Shown piece by piece: positions 8,923 through 18,082 of a stretch of 64,000 bases of DNA (positions within the stretch are counted from its first letter, which is position 1; every line of letters begins with the position of its first letter). Below the pieces are notes generated by a model. The model made no database searches. It was not told the DNA's origin and saw only the letters and a list, made by a program, of their open reading frames with translations. The stretch is from Candidatus Aenigmatarchaeota archaeon (GTDB taxonomy: Archaea > Aenigmatarchaeota > Aenigmatarchaeia > GW2011-AR5): assembly GCA_016180945.1 (NCBI GenBank), contig JACPAG010000003.1, positions 107,394 through 171,393 of the forward strand. The letters run 5' to 3'. Position numbers and translations under genes: made by a program.

Positions 8923-10539
8923 ATGACAGTGCAAATTTCATTTGAAAAAATTGTTAAAATTTTAAGGCTACACTTCGATGGTGTCCCTCAGGAAAAGATT
9001 GCAAAAATAGTCAAAGTGTCTCAAAGCACAGTCGCCGAAACGATAATCAGGTTTGAAGAAGATGTGAGAAAATATGGAATGAAAGCAGCTTCCGAGAAGT
9101 ACGGAATTTATGACCAAATTGAAGCACTAGCCAGATTAAGTGCCGAATTGAGAAAAAACAAGATTGTAGTGGAAGAAGCAAAAGATGGTTCTAAACTGTT
9201 GGCTGAAATGTCAAAAATAGGAATCGAATCATCAGAAGTAAAAAATTTTTTAATGGCTTGTAAATCTGCCAAAAACAAAGAATTTATGAGGTGTGCCATT
9301 AAACTGACTGATTTACAGATTAGAAATGACATGTCTTATGACGAAGTTGTGACAGACTATCAAAATAAAGCTCTGCAAAAGAAGAATTTAGGTGCGGATA
9401 TTGAAAATTTGAAAGCCGAAAAGGCTCATCTGAACACTGGTATTAAAAAACTAAAGAGTAGTTTTAATAAAAGGCTCACTGAACACAATTTGAGTATTAG
9501 AAAACTCGATTATATTCTAGAAATTATACCGAAGGAAATGAAAAAGGGTGGGCTGAATTCTCAAGAAATACAGGAACTGCTGAGAGCTATACGTGATGCC
9601 ACAGGTCTTTCTGAATACTTGAAACAGGCAAGAAGAAGCAAAATCTATCTTGATTACCAAATCAATGAATCAAGAAATACCGAAAAAAGATTGTATATCG
9701 TCATTGAAAATTTGTATCGAACCAGAAACGAGTATACTGCAGAAATAAGGGAAAAAGAATCTAAGTTGGAAGGTCTTATCGCAAGAATAGAATACGCCAA
9801 CAAAAAACTGGCGCAAATGTCAAAGGCAGAAGAAAGAAAAAAAGAAAACATCATGGTAAGTAAAGCTATTCTGTCTTTCCTAGCGAGCAAAGATTCTCAG
9901 GCATGGCATATAGATGATATAATTACAACCCTGCAGGCTGCAAAATATTCGAAGAACATAAAAATGGAAGGACAATCGGTAGAGCTAATAGAATCTGCCA
10001 GAATAAAACTTGCCAGAATTATACTTCCGCTTGTTGAAAATGAACTGGTAAGCAAATCCATCTTGAATTCAAAAGAAACTGAAATCGAAACGCTAAAACA
10101 AGATATAGCCAGCAATTACGTTCTCAGGTCAGAAGTTGATGATGTTAAATCAGAGTTGGAGAAGATTAAAGAACATTCAGATAAGATCGAAGAGTCGTCA
10201 AAGAGCACTTACAAGCTTTACGAAGATAGCATAAATAAATTCACAGAATTGAATAATCAAGTAAGCGGAACGATAACGAAGTTAAAAGAGGACACTTCAA
10301 AAATTGAGTCGGAACGGGATGAATTACAAAGAAAGCTGGCTGAATTGGCTAATTCTACGGAGCAACCGCTTTTATGGTACAAGGCAAATATCAAACCTGA
10401 AGAACTTGCTTATGAGAATCTAGAAAAACTTGAGAATATAATCAAGGATGTTAGGCAAAAGAAACTTCCAACAAAAGTCCTGTCGGATGCTCTTGACCTA
10501 TTTGCAAAGCTCTATCTAAAAAATAGACTAGAAAGGTAA
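8923..10539 (+). CDS. HTH plus long coiled-coil protein
   Basis: N-terminal HTH-like QEKIAKIVKVSQSTVAETIIRF, followed by ~450 aa of heptad-like K/E/L-rich sequence. Confidence 0.5.
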   Translation: MTVQISFEKIVKILRLHFDGVPQEKIAKIVKVSQSTVAETIIRFEEDVRKYGMKAASEKYGIYDQIEALARLSAELRKNKIVVEEAKDGSKLLAEMSKIGIESSEVKNFLMACKSAKNKEFMRCAIKLTDLQIRNDMSYDEVVTDYQNKALQKKNLGADIENLKAEKAHLNTGIKKLKSSFNKRLTEHNLSIRKLDYILEIIPKEMKKGGLNSQEIQELLRAIRDATGLSEYLKQARRSKIYLDYQINESRNTEKRLYIVIENLYRTRNEYTAEIREKESKLEGLIARIEYANKKLAQMSKAEERKKENIMVSKAILSFLASKDSQAWHIDDIITTLQAAKYSKNIKMEGQSVELIESARIKLARIILPLVENELVSKSILNSKETEIETLKQDIASNYVLRSEVDDVKSELEKIKEHSDKIEESSKSTYKLYEDSINKFTELNNQVSGTITKLKEDTSKIESERDELQRKLAELANSTEQPLLWYKANIKPEELAYENLEKLENIIKDVRQKKLPTKVLSDALDLFAKLYLKNRLER

Positions 10540-10544
10540 TAAAA

Positions 10545-10640
10545 AGTAAAAAATATCGAGTGTATCGTCCAATATCGAATGAATAGGCGTCTATGCCGTA
10601 TATCTGGTGTATCGAGTATATCGAGTGTTGCATCAAGCGA
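10545..10640. repeat. iteron-like short direct repeats (candidate element origin or partition site)
   Basis: ATCGAGT at 10555, 10611 and 10620, plus variants ATCGAAT (10574) and ATCGTCC (10564). They lie at the start of a ~450-bp AT-rich non-coding gap. Confidence 0.35.
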
Positions 10641-10994
10641 ACTACTAAGAAGACGGTATTTAGAGTCTCTTAGGTGCTAATGTAGTGCCCTTATAGCTTG
10701 CTATCATAAGCCATCCTAATTACTCATCAATAATCATCACAGTTTATCAACATTTATAAGATTTACGTGAGTTTAGAAAGAAAACAGCTTGTATTCATTG
10801 TTTGGAAGCAAAGACTGCATTAAAAGAGTGCGTTACATAAAATATTGATGAATACTAAATCAAAGAAGAAACTCGAAAGAGAAGAAAGAGTAGAAGAATT
10901 TAATAAGTACCCAGAAAATTTTAATATACGACATAGACGTGATTCCAGATTACTTTGGATTCAGAGAAAAAGGAAAAAGCAATAATTACTGGCA

Positions 10995-12131
10995 TTATAT
11001 CCTTTGTTCTAGAAAATCCAATATTTTGTCCAGCTCCAAATTTGTAATATCCCTAACAAGCTTGGTAATCGAATGCGAATTTGACTTGGTAATCTCTAGC
11101 AGTTCGGGTACGGTCAGATTGCAAGCCAGTTGGTGCTTCACAGAAATCTCAATCCAGCCCAAGAGCTGGCTTCTCAGTTCTTCGTTATAGCAGTGCCTAG
11201 TCTGCTCGAATCCTTTTATAGTAAGTTTGCCATCGGGCTCAAATGATATCAGCCCTTTATTTCCGTCAGTAAAATCTCTGTGCGGTACTATGTCAAAACC
11301 TAAGTCAAATAGTCTAGTTCCCAAGTATTTATCTATCTGGGTATATCTTGCAGAAGTTTTCGCCTCAAAAACTATTGTTTCGTTATTACCATCAACTTTT
11401 TTCGTGTCCTTTACTTTTCCAAATATTTTCAACAATTGGAGCTCCCTAAGAAACCCTCCAGAAGAAATAAACTTTCTCTCTACGAGCTTGTTTATTAATT
11501 CTACATGTTTATAGGCGGCGGCATCTGGAACACCCTTGGTGCTCCACTGTATCTGATTTTCCACAAGATAACCGAGATTCTTGAACCAGTTGCATGCTAC
11601 AAATTCGCAGAACGGCTCCATACTTCCTCCTTTTGCACTTACACTGATAGGGGAGAATATAAAATTTTGAATTTCTTTGCCAGAGTCTTTAATTTTCCTT
11701 ATTACTTCGCTCAATTCCTTTCTGGTTTTTCTTTCATCATTGTAAACAAAAAGCGGAACTATAAATTTCGTACCGTGAAATAAGTCTGGATATGATTCTG
11801 AAAGTTGCAAAGCTGTGGAACCCATCAGAGGCGTTAATATGCTGGGCACCAGAACTTCATAATTTCTGAGCAGATAATCTTTTTCCAGATATTTTTCTGT
11901 ATACCTGAAATCCCGTACATAAAATCCTGTTTTTTCTGTGGAAGCTGGTGTAAGTTTTTTCTCCTCATCCAGCATGACAAAATCTCCAGTACAGTCCATA
12001 AACAAAAAAGCAGTTCTGACATCAGTTTTGATAATTTGTCCTAAGAACTCGTCATTCACCATTTCAAATTGGTCTGGAAAATTGGTCGTTAGTATTTTTA
12101 TGAACTCTTCTTTGCCAATATTCGGAATCAC
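10995..12131 (-). CDS. hypothetical protein, possible PD-(D/E)xK nuclease fold
   Basis: 378 aa. EFVACNWF...GVPDAAAYK...IVFEAKTS resembles an E...PD...ExK arrangement, but the spacer is long, so the call is weak. Confidence 0.35.
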   Translation of the reverse strand: MIPNIGKEEFIKILTTNFPDQFEMVNDEFLGQIIKTDVRTAFLFMDCTGDFVMLDEEKKLTPASTEKTGFYVRDFRYTEKYLEKDYLLRNYEVLVPSILTPLMGSTALQLSESYPDLFHGTKFIVPLFVYNDERKTRKELSEVIRKIKDSGKEIQNFIFSPISVSAKGGSMEPFCEFVACNWFKNLGYLVENQIQWSTKGVPDAAAYKHVELINKLVERKFISSGGFLRELQLLKIFGKVKDTKKVDGNNETIVFEAKTSARYTQIDKYLGTRLFDLGFDIVPHRDFTDGNKGLISFEPDGKLTIKGFEQTRHCYNEELRSQLLGWIEISVKHQLACNLTVPELLEITKSNSHSITKLVRDITNLELDKILDFLEQRI

Positions 12132-12146
12132 GATGTATCACCTAAA

Positions 12147-12365
12147 TCACCCCAAGCTCCTGTTCAACTGCTCTAGTGCGCCTTTAATGTTCATTATGTC
12201 GCTGGTAACATTCTGCTGAATCTTATTGGCGTCTACATCACTTGTAACTTTGACAGGCTGCGTAACTTTTGTCGGGTAAACGCTGACATAAGCAAATGCA
12301 AGCAATAGGACTATGATTATCCCAATCAAAATGTACATCGTCTTCTTGTCTTTCTTTTTAGCCAC
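12147..12365 (-). CDS. small single-pass membrane protein
   Basis: 72 aa. Basic N-terminus, then the hydrophobic span MYILIGIIIVLLLAFAYV. Overlaps the end of the upstream LamG gene. Confidence 0.5.
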   Translation of the reverse strand: MAKKKDKKTMYILIGIIIVLLLAFAYVSVYPTKVTQPVKVTSDVDANKIQQNVTSDIMNIKGALEQLNRSLG

Positions 12366-13674
12366 CTAAAATCACCCTAACAATAGCATCTACTACGAGG
12401 AGAATATTGCCAATCCGATTCTTTATTTCAATTATGTCAAGCTGTGTTGGTGCATCCTTTACAGAATTTATGTAATTCTCTGTCTGTGTAATATTGGCTA
12501 GTCCGTAGCCAAAGTGCATCATAACAGCAGACCATTTTCCTGCATTGTTTGTATCGTTTATAGAATCGTAATAATTGAACAGACCTGCCGCAGAATTGTT
12601 TAGAGAGACAAAAGACGTTTTCAACGTTTCCATCTGAATCAATATTCCAAGAAGAACTGTCTTATCTACTAACTTTGCTCCGCATTGGCAGATATTGGTT
12701 ATGCATCTTTCAGTATCGTTTCCTATTATTTGTGGGCATGTTATTTTTCCTGCACACTCAGAATCTAGAGCGCACGACAGATTTTGTGTTGCAGGCACTG
12801 TAGTTGTTGTAGTAGAAGGCGGAACTGTCGTTGAGGATGAAGCTATAGTAGTAGGTATAGTTTGAGGAATTGTTGTCGTTGTGGTTTGATTCGTCTGATT
12901 CAGTGATATTGTTGTTGTAGTTGCTGTAGTAACTGTTATAGTCGTGGTAGTTTGATTTGTCTGGTTTGTTGGTATTGTTGTTGTAGTAGTTTGATTAACA
13001 GGAATTGTAGTTGTGGTAGTTGTTGGTGACGGCATTGCAGTAGTAATTCGCACTTCATCAATTATACCGCCAAAAGCCACATCAGAATAGCCATCGTTTC
13101 CTATAATAAGCGGAGCTGTAACTGCTTTGATATTTCCCAAATTCAGGCTTTTTGTCGAGTCTAGAACATCATTTATGTAGAACTTTACTGTCGAACCGTC
13201 ATAAGTGGCTGCTATATGAGTCCATGCATTTAACGGCACAGTGCCATCGCTCCTAGCTGCATTTCCAGAAGATGGGCTATTTATGTAAAGGGCTAGTCCA
13301 GCTCCTTCAAAAGTAAGTAAATACGAAAGCGAGCCAGAACCGTATCTGCCAATAATTCTGCCATATTTAGTCGGATAAACCCACGCTTCTAAAGTTATCT
13401 GGTTAGTTATTCCTTCCGTGCTGCTGGACGATACAACCACAGCATCATTAACGCCGTCAAAGCTCAATGCATTGCCATACTTTCCTGTCGTCCATGTAGC
13501 CCCATCGACTGTTCCGTTAAACCTGCCAGTCTCATCTTTGGCAAGACTACCAGAGCCTTCGTTAAAGTGCCATAAGGCTACTGTGTTGCTATTTACAGTG
13601 TATTCTTGGGCATAGGAGAGGGTAGAAAATAATGTAAAGGTTAGGATGAGAAGCAGAATAGGTGTATGTTTCAT
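12358..13674 (-). CDS. secreted LamG (concanavalin-A-like lectin) domain protein with Thr-rich linker
   Basis: Signal peptide MKHTPILLLILTFTLFSTLSYAQE from the ATG at 13674. LamG_3-like blocks LWHFNEGSG...GNALSFDG...LEAWVYP...WTHIAATYDG...FGGIIDEVRI. Then a T-rich linker and a Cys-containing C-terminal domain. Confidence 0.75.
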   Translation of the reverse strand: MKHTPILLLILTFTLFSTLSYAQEYTVNSNTVALWHFNEGSGSLAKDETGRFNGTVDGATWTTGKYGNALSFDGVNDAVVVSSSSTEGITNQITLEAWVYPTKYGRIIGRYGSGSLSYLLTFEGAGLALYINSPSSGNAARSDGTVPLNAWTHIAATYDGSTVKFYINDVLDSTKSLNLGNIKAVTAPLIIGNDGYSDVAFGGIIDEVRITTAMPSPTTTTTTIPVNQTTTTTIPTNQTNQTTTTITVTTATTTTISLNQTNQTTTTTIPQTIPTTIASSSTTVPPSTTTTTVPATQNLSCALDSECAGKITCPQIIGNDTERCITNICQCGAKLVDKTVLLGILIQMETLKTSFVSLNNSAAGLFNYYDSINDTNNAGKWSAVMMHFGYGLANITQTENYINSVKDAPTQLDIIEIKNRIGNILLVVDAIVRVILGG

Positions 13675-13789
13675 ATAAAATTCATTATTCTCCACTCCTT
13701 TTAAATCTATTTCTTTCGGATAGTTTATCAACTGATAGATTAGTATATCGCTTAAAAGGAGTTTCCCTATATTTGAATAGGGAATACTC

Positions 13790-14107
13790 ATGCGATATGC
13801 ACCAAAGAAGTGGAGTTCGGTAGCGATACTTATGCGTGACTCAACTTATTCTGTGCTCGAGACACTTGTAGAGAAGCCGAAAGGCTGGAAAGAGTTAAAA
13901 GACGCTACTGGCTTGACAGATGGTGGTTTGCAAAAGGTTCTGAAGGAATTAGTAAAAAGTAATGTCGTGGAGGAGGTACTTGTCGAGAATCCATATGGTC
14001 TCAAGCAGAAAAAGTATGTCATTACTTCGAAAGCGAAGAAAGAGAGGATATTCGAAAAGGCGAAGGAATTGAAAGAGGCACTTGAAAGGTTATCAAAAAA
14101 AGGTTAA
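13790..14107 (+). CDS. winged-HTH transcriptional regulator (ArsR/MarR-like)
   Basis: 105 aa. YSVLETLVEKPKGWKELKDATGLTDGGLQKVLKELVKSNVVEE is a typical wHTH pattern. Confidence 0.6.
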   Translation: MRYAPKKWSSVAILMRDSTYSVLETLVEKPKGWKELKDATGLTDGGLQKVLKELVKSNVVEEVLVENPYGLKQKKYVITSKAKKERIFEKAKELKEALERLSKKG

Positions 14108-14111
14108 AATA

Positions 14112-15122
14112 ATGGAAGCTACAAGTTTGGTCGAGAATAAAGAAAAATTACTTGCGTTTTTAATCAATAATTCTGAAGACATATTTAAAAAAATTTATGA
14201 GTTAAAGAAAAATAACATAGGTAGTATTCTATCAGAATTTTATATTTCTAGAGGATTCTGGGAAGACTATAGAAATTTTGAAAAGGTTTTACTTTTCATT
14301 AAAAGCAGCAGAGAAAAAGATTTATTGGAAAAACTGGAAAATAACTTATTACCCAATTATGTTAAAGAATTAATTGAATATTTTGAACTATTCAAAGAAG
14401 GTTGTAAAAAATATCCAAATGTGGAAAAATTAATACTATTCGAATGTAAAGTGAATGTGGACAAAGGATTTGAAAATCTTATAAACTTTTTAACAGAAAA
14501 TCCTAAATTTCAAAAATTTCTTCCAGAAACAAAATTAATCCAATGTTATTTCTTTTCAAAGAAAACTTTTATCCTCAAAAATTGGTTTGGATTTTATTAT
14601 AAGGAAGAATTACAAGAAGATGTTGCTAGATACATGATGAGAATTTTTGATTATTATTTTTCATCTTTAGACAACATTTTCTTTTTATACGCTAAAATTT
14701 TTAAAATTCCAACTGTTGAGCATACAATAAAAATTATTGAAAAAGATTTCATTCCTAAAAATTATGATATTTTGCCAAAAAGAGAGCAAATTTTATATTC
14801 TGAATGCTTGAATAGTATGAAATCAGGTTTAAGTAATTCTACGGTTTTGCTTAGTGGAGTTATTATTGAATCTTTACTTAAGAAAATACATAAAGAAGTA
14901 GAAAGACAGGAATTTAAGAGTAATTTTGAAGATTTAATTAAATGGATGAAAAACAAACTTGGAGTGAAAACAGACCCATTTGCTGACGGTTTAAGAAAAA
15001 TTAATAACTATGCAAAACATGATGTAGATTTTTTGGCTGGTGTTGATGAAGCTAAACTCTCTCTATTAACATTAAAGTATGTTGTTGAGAATCTAAAATC
15101 ATATTTAGATGAATTGGAATGA
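14112..15122 (+). CDS. protein with C-terminal DUF4145-type HEPN-like domain
   Basis: C-terminal ~110 aa read ...LLSGVIIESLLKKI...GLRKINNYAKHD...EAKLSLLTLKYVVENL. The R-x3-N-x3-H spacing is as in the DUF4145/Abi-type HEPN motif. Start taken at Met 14112, after the upstream stop. Confidence 0.5.
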   Translation: MEATSLVENKEKLLAFLINNSEDIFKKIYELKKNNIGSILSEFYISRGFWEDYRNFEKVLLFIKSSREKDLLEKLENNLLPNYVKELIEYFELFKEGCKKYPNVEKLILFECKVNVDKGFENLINFLTENPKFQKFLPETKLIQCYFFSKKTFILKNWFGFYYKEELQEDVARYMMRIFDYYFSSLDNIFFLYAKIFKIPTVEHTIKIIEKDFIPKNYDILPKREQILYSECLNSMKSGLSNSTVLLSGVIIESLLKKIHKEVERQEFKSNFEDLIKWMKNKLGVKTDPFADGLRKINNYAKHDVDFLAGVDEAKLSLLTLKYVVENLKSYLDELE

Positions 15123-15178
15123 ATTAAGTTGAACTGTGGCGGTAAATAATTAGTGCTGGTCATCCGCTCTCTGTAAAA

Positions 15179-15547
15179 TTATAAGTTTCTAATTTCTTCT
15201 ACTGTCATATAACCTTCTGTTAGAGTCTTTTCTGGCATAAAGTATGAGAGTCTCTTAGGGTCTAAACAATAACCCTTGTACCATGCATAATGCACTTTCC
15301 TTGTAACGTCTTTTATCTTTGATGGGTTTGAACCAGAAACAGTACCGACTGCAATCATTTCCTCATCTGGTGTTTTTTGCCTGTCTTGTTTAACAATTTT
15401 TGAATACAGCTTCTTTGCGATAGCCTGTAATTCATTCTTCATTTGTTGTGGATTATCCTTACTTACATCGTACCATTTTGTAACTTCAAAAGATTCATTA
15501 GGAGAATTTATCACAACAATCAATTGAATTAAATTAATCTTACTCAT
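15179..15547 (-). CDS. hypothetical protein
   Basis: 122-aa ORF with no recognised motif. Divergent from the 15604 gene. Confidence 0.45.
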   Translation of the reverse strand: MSKINLIQLIVVINSPNESFEVTKWYDVSKDNPQQMKNELQAIAKKLYSKIVKQDRQKTPDEEMIAVGTVSGSNPSKIKDVTRKVHYAWYKGYCLDPKRLSYFMPEKTLTEGYMTVEEIRNL

Positions 15548-15603
15548 TTAATCACCTATAATTAAACATTACTTTAGCATACATTTTAATATTCTTGAAA
15601 TAG

Positions 15604-16746
15604 ATGATCCTTATGCAAGACGAGAAACTCAAAGAACGTATATCTTTATTAATGCGATTCTTCTGGTTAGATGACTTATTCAAAATTGGAAAAGAGTTAA
15701 ATCTACTATTCTTTGAAAAGATACAAAATTATTGGGAAATGAATCAGTATCAAGCTGCTACTGAGATAGCAAGAAACATTGACGATACTAAACTGCTTGA
15801 ACTTACAAAGAAGTATATTCCTAAGTATGGATTACAATTAGGCGGATTTCATGGAAAATACTATACTACAACAGAGACTGGTGAAATTAGATTTGAAGAC
15901 TCAAGTAACCTCATAAAGACAAATGTTCAGAAAGCTCTTAAAAAATGGGGAGACAGAGCATACGGGTTACTTCAAGCAATGGTAAATAAAAATGGTCATG
16001 TTACATACTTTGACCTTATAGATGAAATTGAAAAGGTATTAGGCTACGAATTTATTCCATCTTATCTTCTTTCAAGATTTGCACCATTAAACCTTGTGTT
16101 CAAAACAGGTAGCAATAAATACCCAGACTGGACAATGCCAAGTGAGATAATTCCAATAGTTCAAGAAGAATTAAGGAATTTCAAACGTCCTGCACGTCGA
16201 TACCTCACTAAAGAAACACCTGATATACATTTACTAAAAATTGAAAAAGAAACTAGTAGTATTGTTGATAAAATTGTTGAATTTAGACGAAATATCAATC
16301 TTCTCTTTGAACAAAAATTTAAGACTAAGTTTTTTAAACAAAATGAAATGGCAATTAATGATATACGCAAACCGTGTAGCAACGAAGAAGAGTTTAATAA
16401 TAGAATTATGAGCCTCGCACTTTTAATAGACGAAATAGAAACTGAAAGTATTTTGAAGCTCGTTACAAGTAAGCCGCAATATGGTTCTATAAATATACTT
16501 GAGAGTTTTCTAAATGAGAAATATCCTAATTACAATAAAACTATTATCAAAAATTTGAGATTTATAATGACTCTAAGAAGTAAAAAGTATCCAGTTCATC
16601 GTGATGATGTGGCTTTGATAGATGCATTGGGCTATTTTGGTTTTACAGAATTGCCTCCTGACTGGCAAGAATTATGGGAAGCTTGTCTAAAAAGATACTT
16701 GGATAGTATCCAAGGTCTAATATCCATTCTTATAGCAACTAGTTGA
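15604..16746 (+). CDS. hypothetical protein with central wHTH-like segment and C-terminal HEPN-like R-x6-H motif
   Basis: 380 aa. C-terminal helical region contains NLRFIMTLRSKKYPVHRDD (R-x6-H). Lies 22 nt upstream of the cyclase gene on the same strand. Confidence 0.4.
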   Translation: MILMQDEKLKERISLLMRFFWLDDLFKIGKELNLLFFEKIQNYWEMNQYQAATEIARNIDDTKLLELTKKYIPKYGLQLGGFHGKYYTTTETGEIRFEDSSNLIKTNVQKALKKWGDRAYGLLQAMVNKNGHVTYFDLIDEIEKVLGYEFIPSYLLSRFAPLNLVFKTGSNKYPDWTMPSEIIPIVQEELRNFKRPARRYLTKETPDIHLLKIEKETSSIVDKIVEFRRNINLLFEQKFKTKFFKQNEMAINDIRKPCSNEEEFNNRIMSLALLIDEIETESILKLVTSKPQYGSINILESFLNEKYPNYNKTIIKNLRFIMTLRSKKYPVHRDDVALIDALGYFGFTELPPDWQELWEACLKRYLDSIQGLISILIATS

Positions 16747-16786
16747 TAGACATCAAAATAAAAAACTTTTGTATAATTATATTACT

Positions 16787-17737
16787 ATGCCTACCAAAGA
16801 CAATATATTCAGAATGGATTTTATACAGGAAATAGAAAGTGTGGATGAAGAAAAAAGAACATTCAGAGCAAGACTTATACCTAATCCAGAAAGATATGAA
16901 GTCAAGGAAATAAATGGAGAAAAAGGTTATTATGATAAATTTGACAACTTTTTCATATCTCTTAAAGAAATAGAAAAGGGGCTTAAGAAAAGTATAGGAG
17001 CACCGATTTTTTATACCCCACCTAAAATAAGAGATAGTTTGGAGTATACAAAATCACGAATACCAGAAATAAAAAGGCATTTTGAAGAAGACACAGAAGA
17101 TTACGTATTCTCTGATGCTTCAGAAGAATTCCTAGAAACTTTGCCGCAAGGTGAAAAAACATTTGTAATTTTGAATATAGATTTAATGGGTTCTACAAAA
17201 ATGAGCCAAGAACTTGAAAGTGAAGAGAATGCAAAAGTTATTTCATTATTCTCAAAAGAAATGGCACTCCTTGTTCATGCATTTAATGGTTATGTGTTGA
17301 AGTATTTAGGTGATGGACTTATAGCTTATTTTCCAGAACCAAATTTTAATGGAATGAATGATAATGCACTAGACTGTGCATCTTCAATGAAATTGTTAAT
17401 ACTTTGCGGAATAAATCCTGTGTTAAAAGAAAAGGGTCTGCTAGAGTTGAGTTTTAGAATAGGACTTGATTCTGGCGAAGCAACGGTAGTTATAGTTGGT
17501 GCTGACAGAATCAAAAAACATAAAGATTTAATAGGAGAAACTATAAATTTGGCGTCTAAAATTCAGAGTATAGCTGAGAAAAATCAAATACTAATTGGTG
17601 ATGCTACTGCAAGAAATGTTCATACTTTTTGGAGAAAATTACTTATAAAAAAAGAGCTTCTTCCAAATTGGGAGTATACAGTTAGAAATACAAAGGAATT
17701 CTATCCACTATATTTTTTGAAAGAACCTAACATATAA
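16787..17737 (+). CDS. class III nucleotidyl (adenylate/guanylate-type) cyclase domain protein with unknown N-terminal domain
   Basis: Cyclase homology blocks FVILNIDLMGSTKMS, GYVLKYLGDGLIAYFPEP, SFRIGLDSGEATVVIVG and DLIGETINLASKIQSIAEKNQILIGD. Both metal-binding Asp positions are present. The ORF track starts at TTG 16769; the first ATG is at 16787. Confidence 0.75.
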   Translation: MPTKDNIFRMDFIQEIESVDEEKRTFRARLIPNPERYEVKEINGEKGYYDKFDNFFISLKEIEKGLKKSIGAPIFYTPPKIRDSLEYTKSRIPEIKRHFEEDTEDYVFSDASEEFLETLPQGEKTFVILNIDLMGSTKMSQELESEENAKVISLFSKEMALLVHAFNGYVLKYLGDGLIAYFPEPNFNGMNDNALDCASSMKLLILCGINPVLKEKGLLELSFRIGLDSGEATVVIVGADRIKKHKDLIGETINLASKIQSIAEKNQILIGDATARNVHTFWRKLLIKKELLPNWEYTVRNTKEFYPLYFLKEPNI

Positions 17738-17845
17738 GAATTTTATTTAAGCTTTCTTTATCCTTGTCACAAGATTAATTTACACTTGTAGTAAGAATTA
17801 CAGAGAAAATAAGAAGAATGTAAAAATAATAAAACTAACGCTTTT

Positions 17846-18007
17846 CTACTTCCTTATGAACGCCATCGACCCAACAGCCACTGCAAATCCGCCTGCAAAC
17901 ATGGCGTCCAGTACAGGATACATGGCTGGGCTTGCTGTCAAGTTCAGGAAGAAACCCGACAAAGCTGCCACAATGCCTATAGACCCGACTGTTCTCCAGA
18001 AATCCAT
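17846..18007 (-). CDS. 53-aa predicted two-TM protein (below the ORF-track cutoff)
   Basis: Manual translation: MDFWRTVGSIGIVAALSGFFLNLTASPAMYPVLDAMFAGGFAVAVGSMAFIRK. Lies downstream of the integrase on the same strand and is convergent with the cyclase. Confidence 0.4.
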   Translation of the reverse strand: MDFWRTVGSIGIVAALSGFFLNLTASPAMYPVLDAMFAGGFAVAVGSMAFIRK

Positions 18008-18082
18008 TTTTACCACCTCTTTTGTTTATAGCCCTCTACATATAGGGTATGTAAAAAAGAAAATAATGACAGTGCTTTCACC

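Noticed and set aside
17846-18007. The 53-aa two-TM ORF as a Pycsar-type membrane effector of the cyclase
   Set aside because: It is far too small to contain a cyclic-nucleotide-binding domain, and it is convergent rather than co-oriented with the cyclase. It is kept only as a possible gene, not as a system component.
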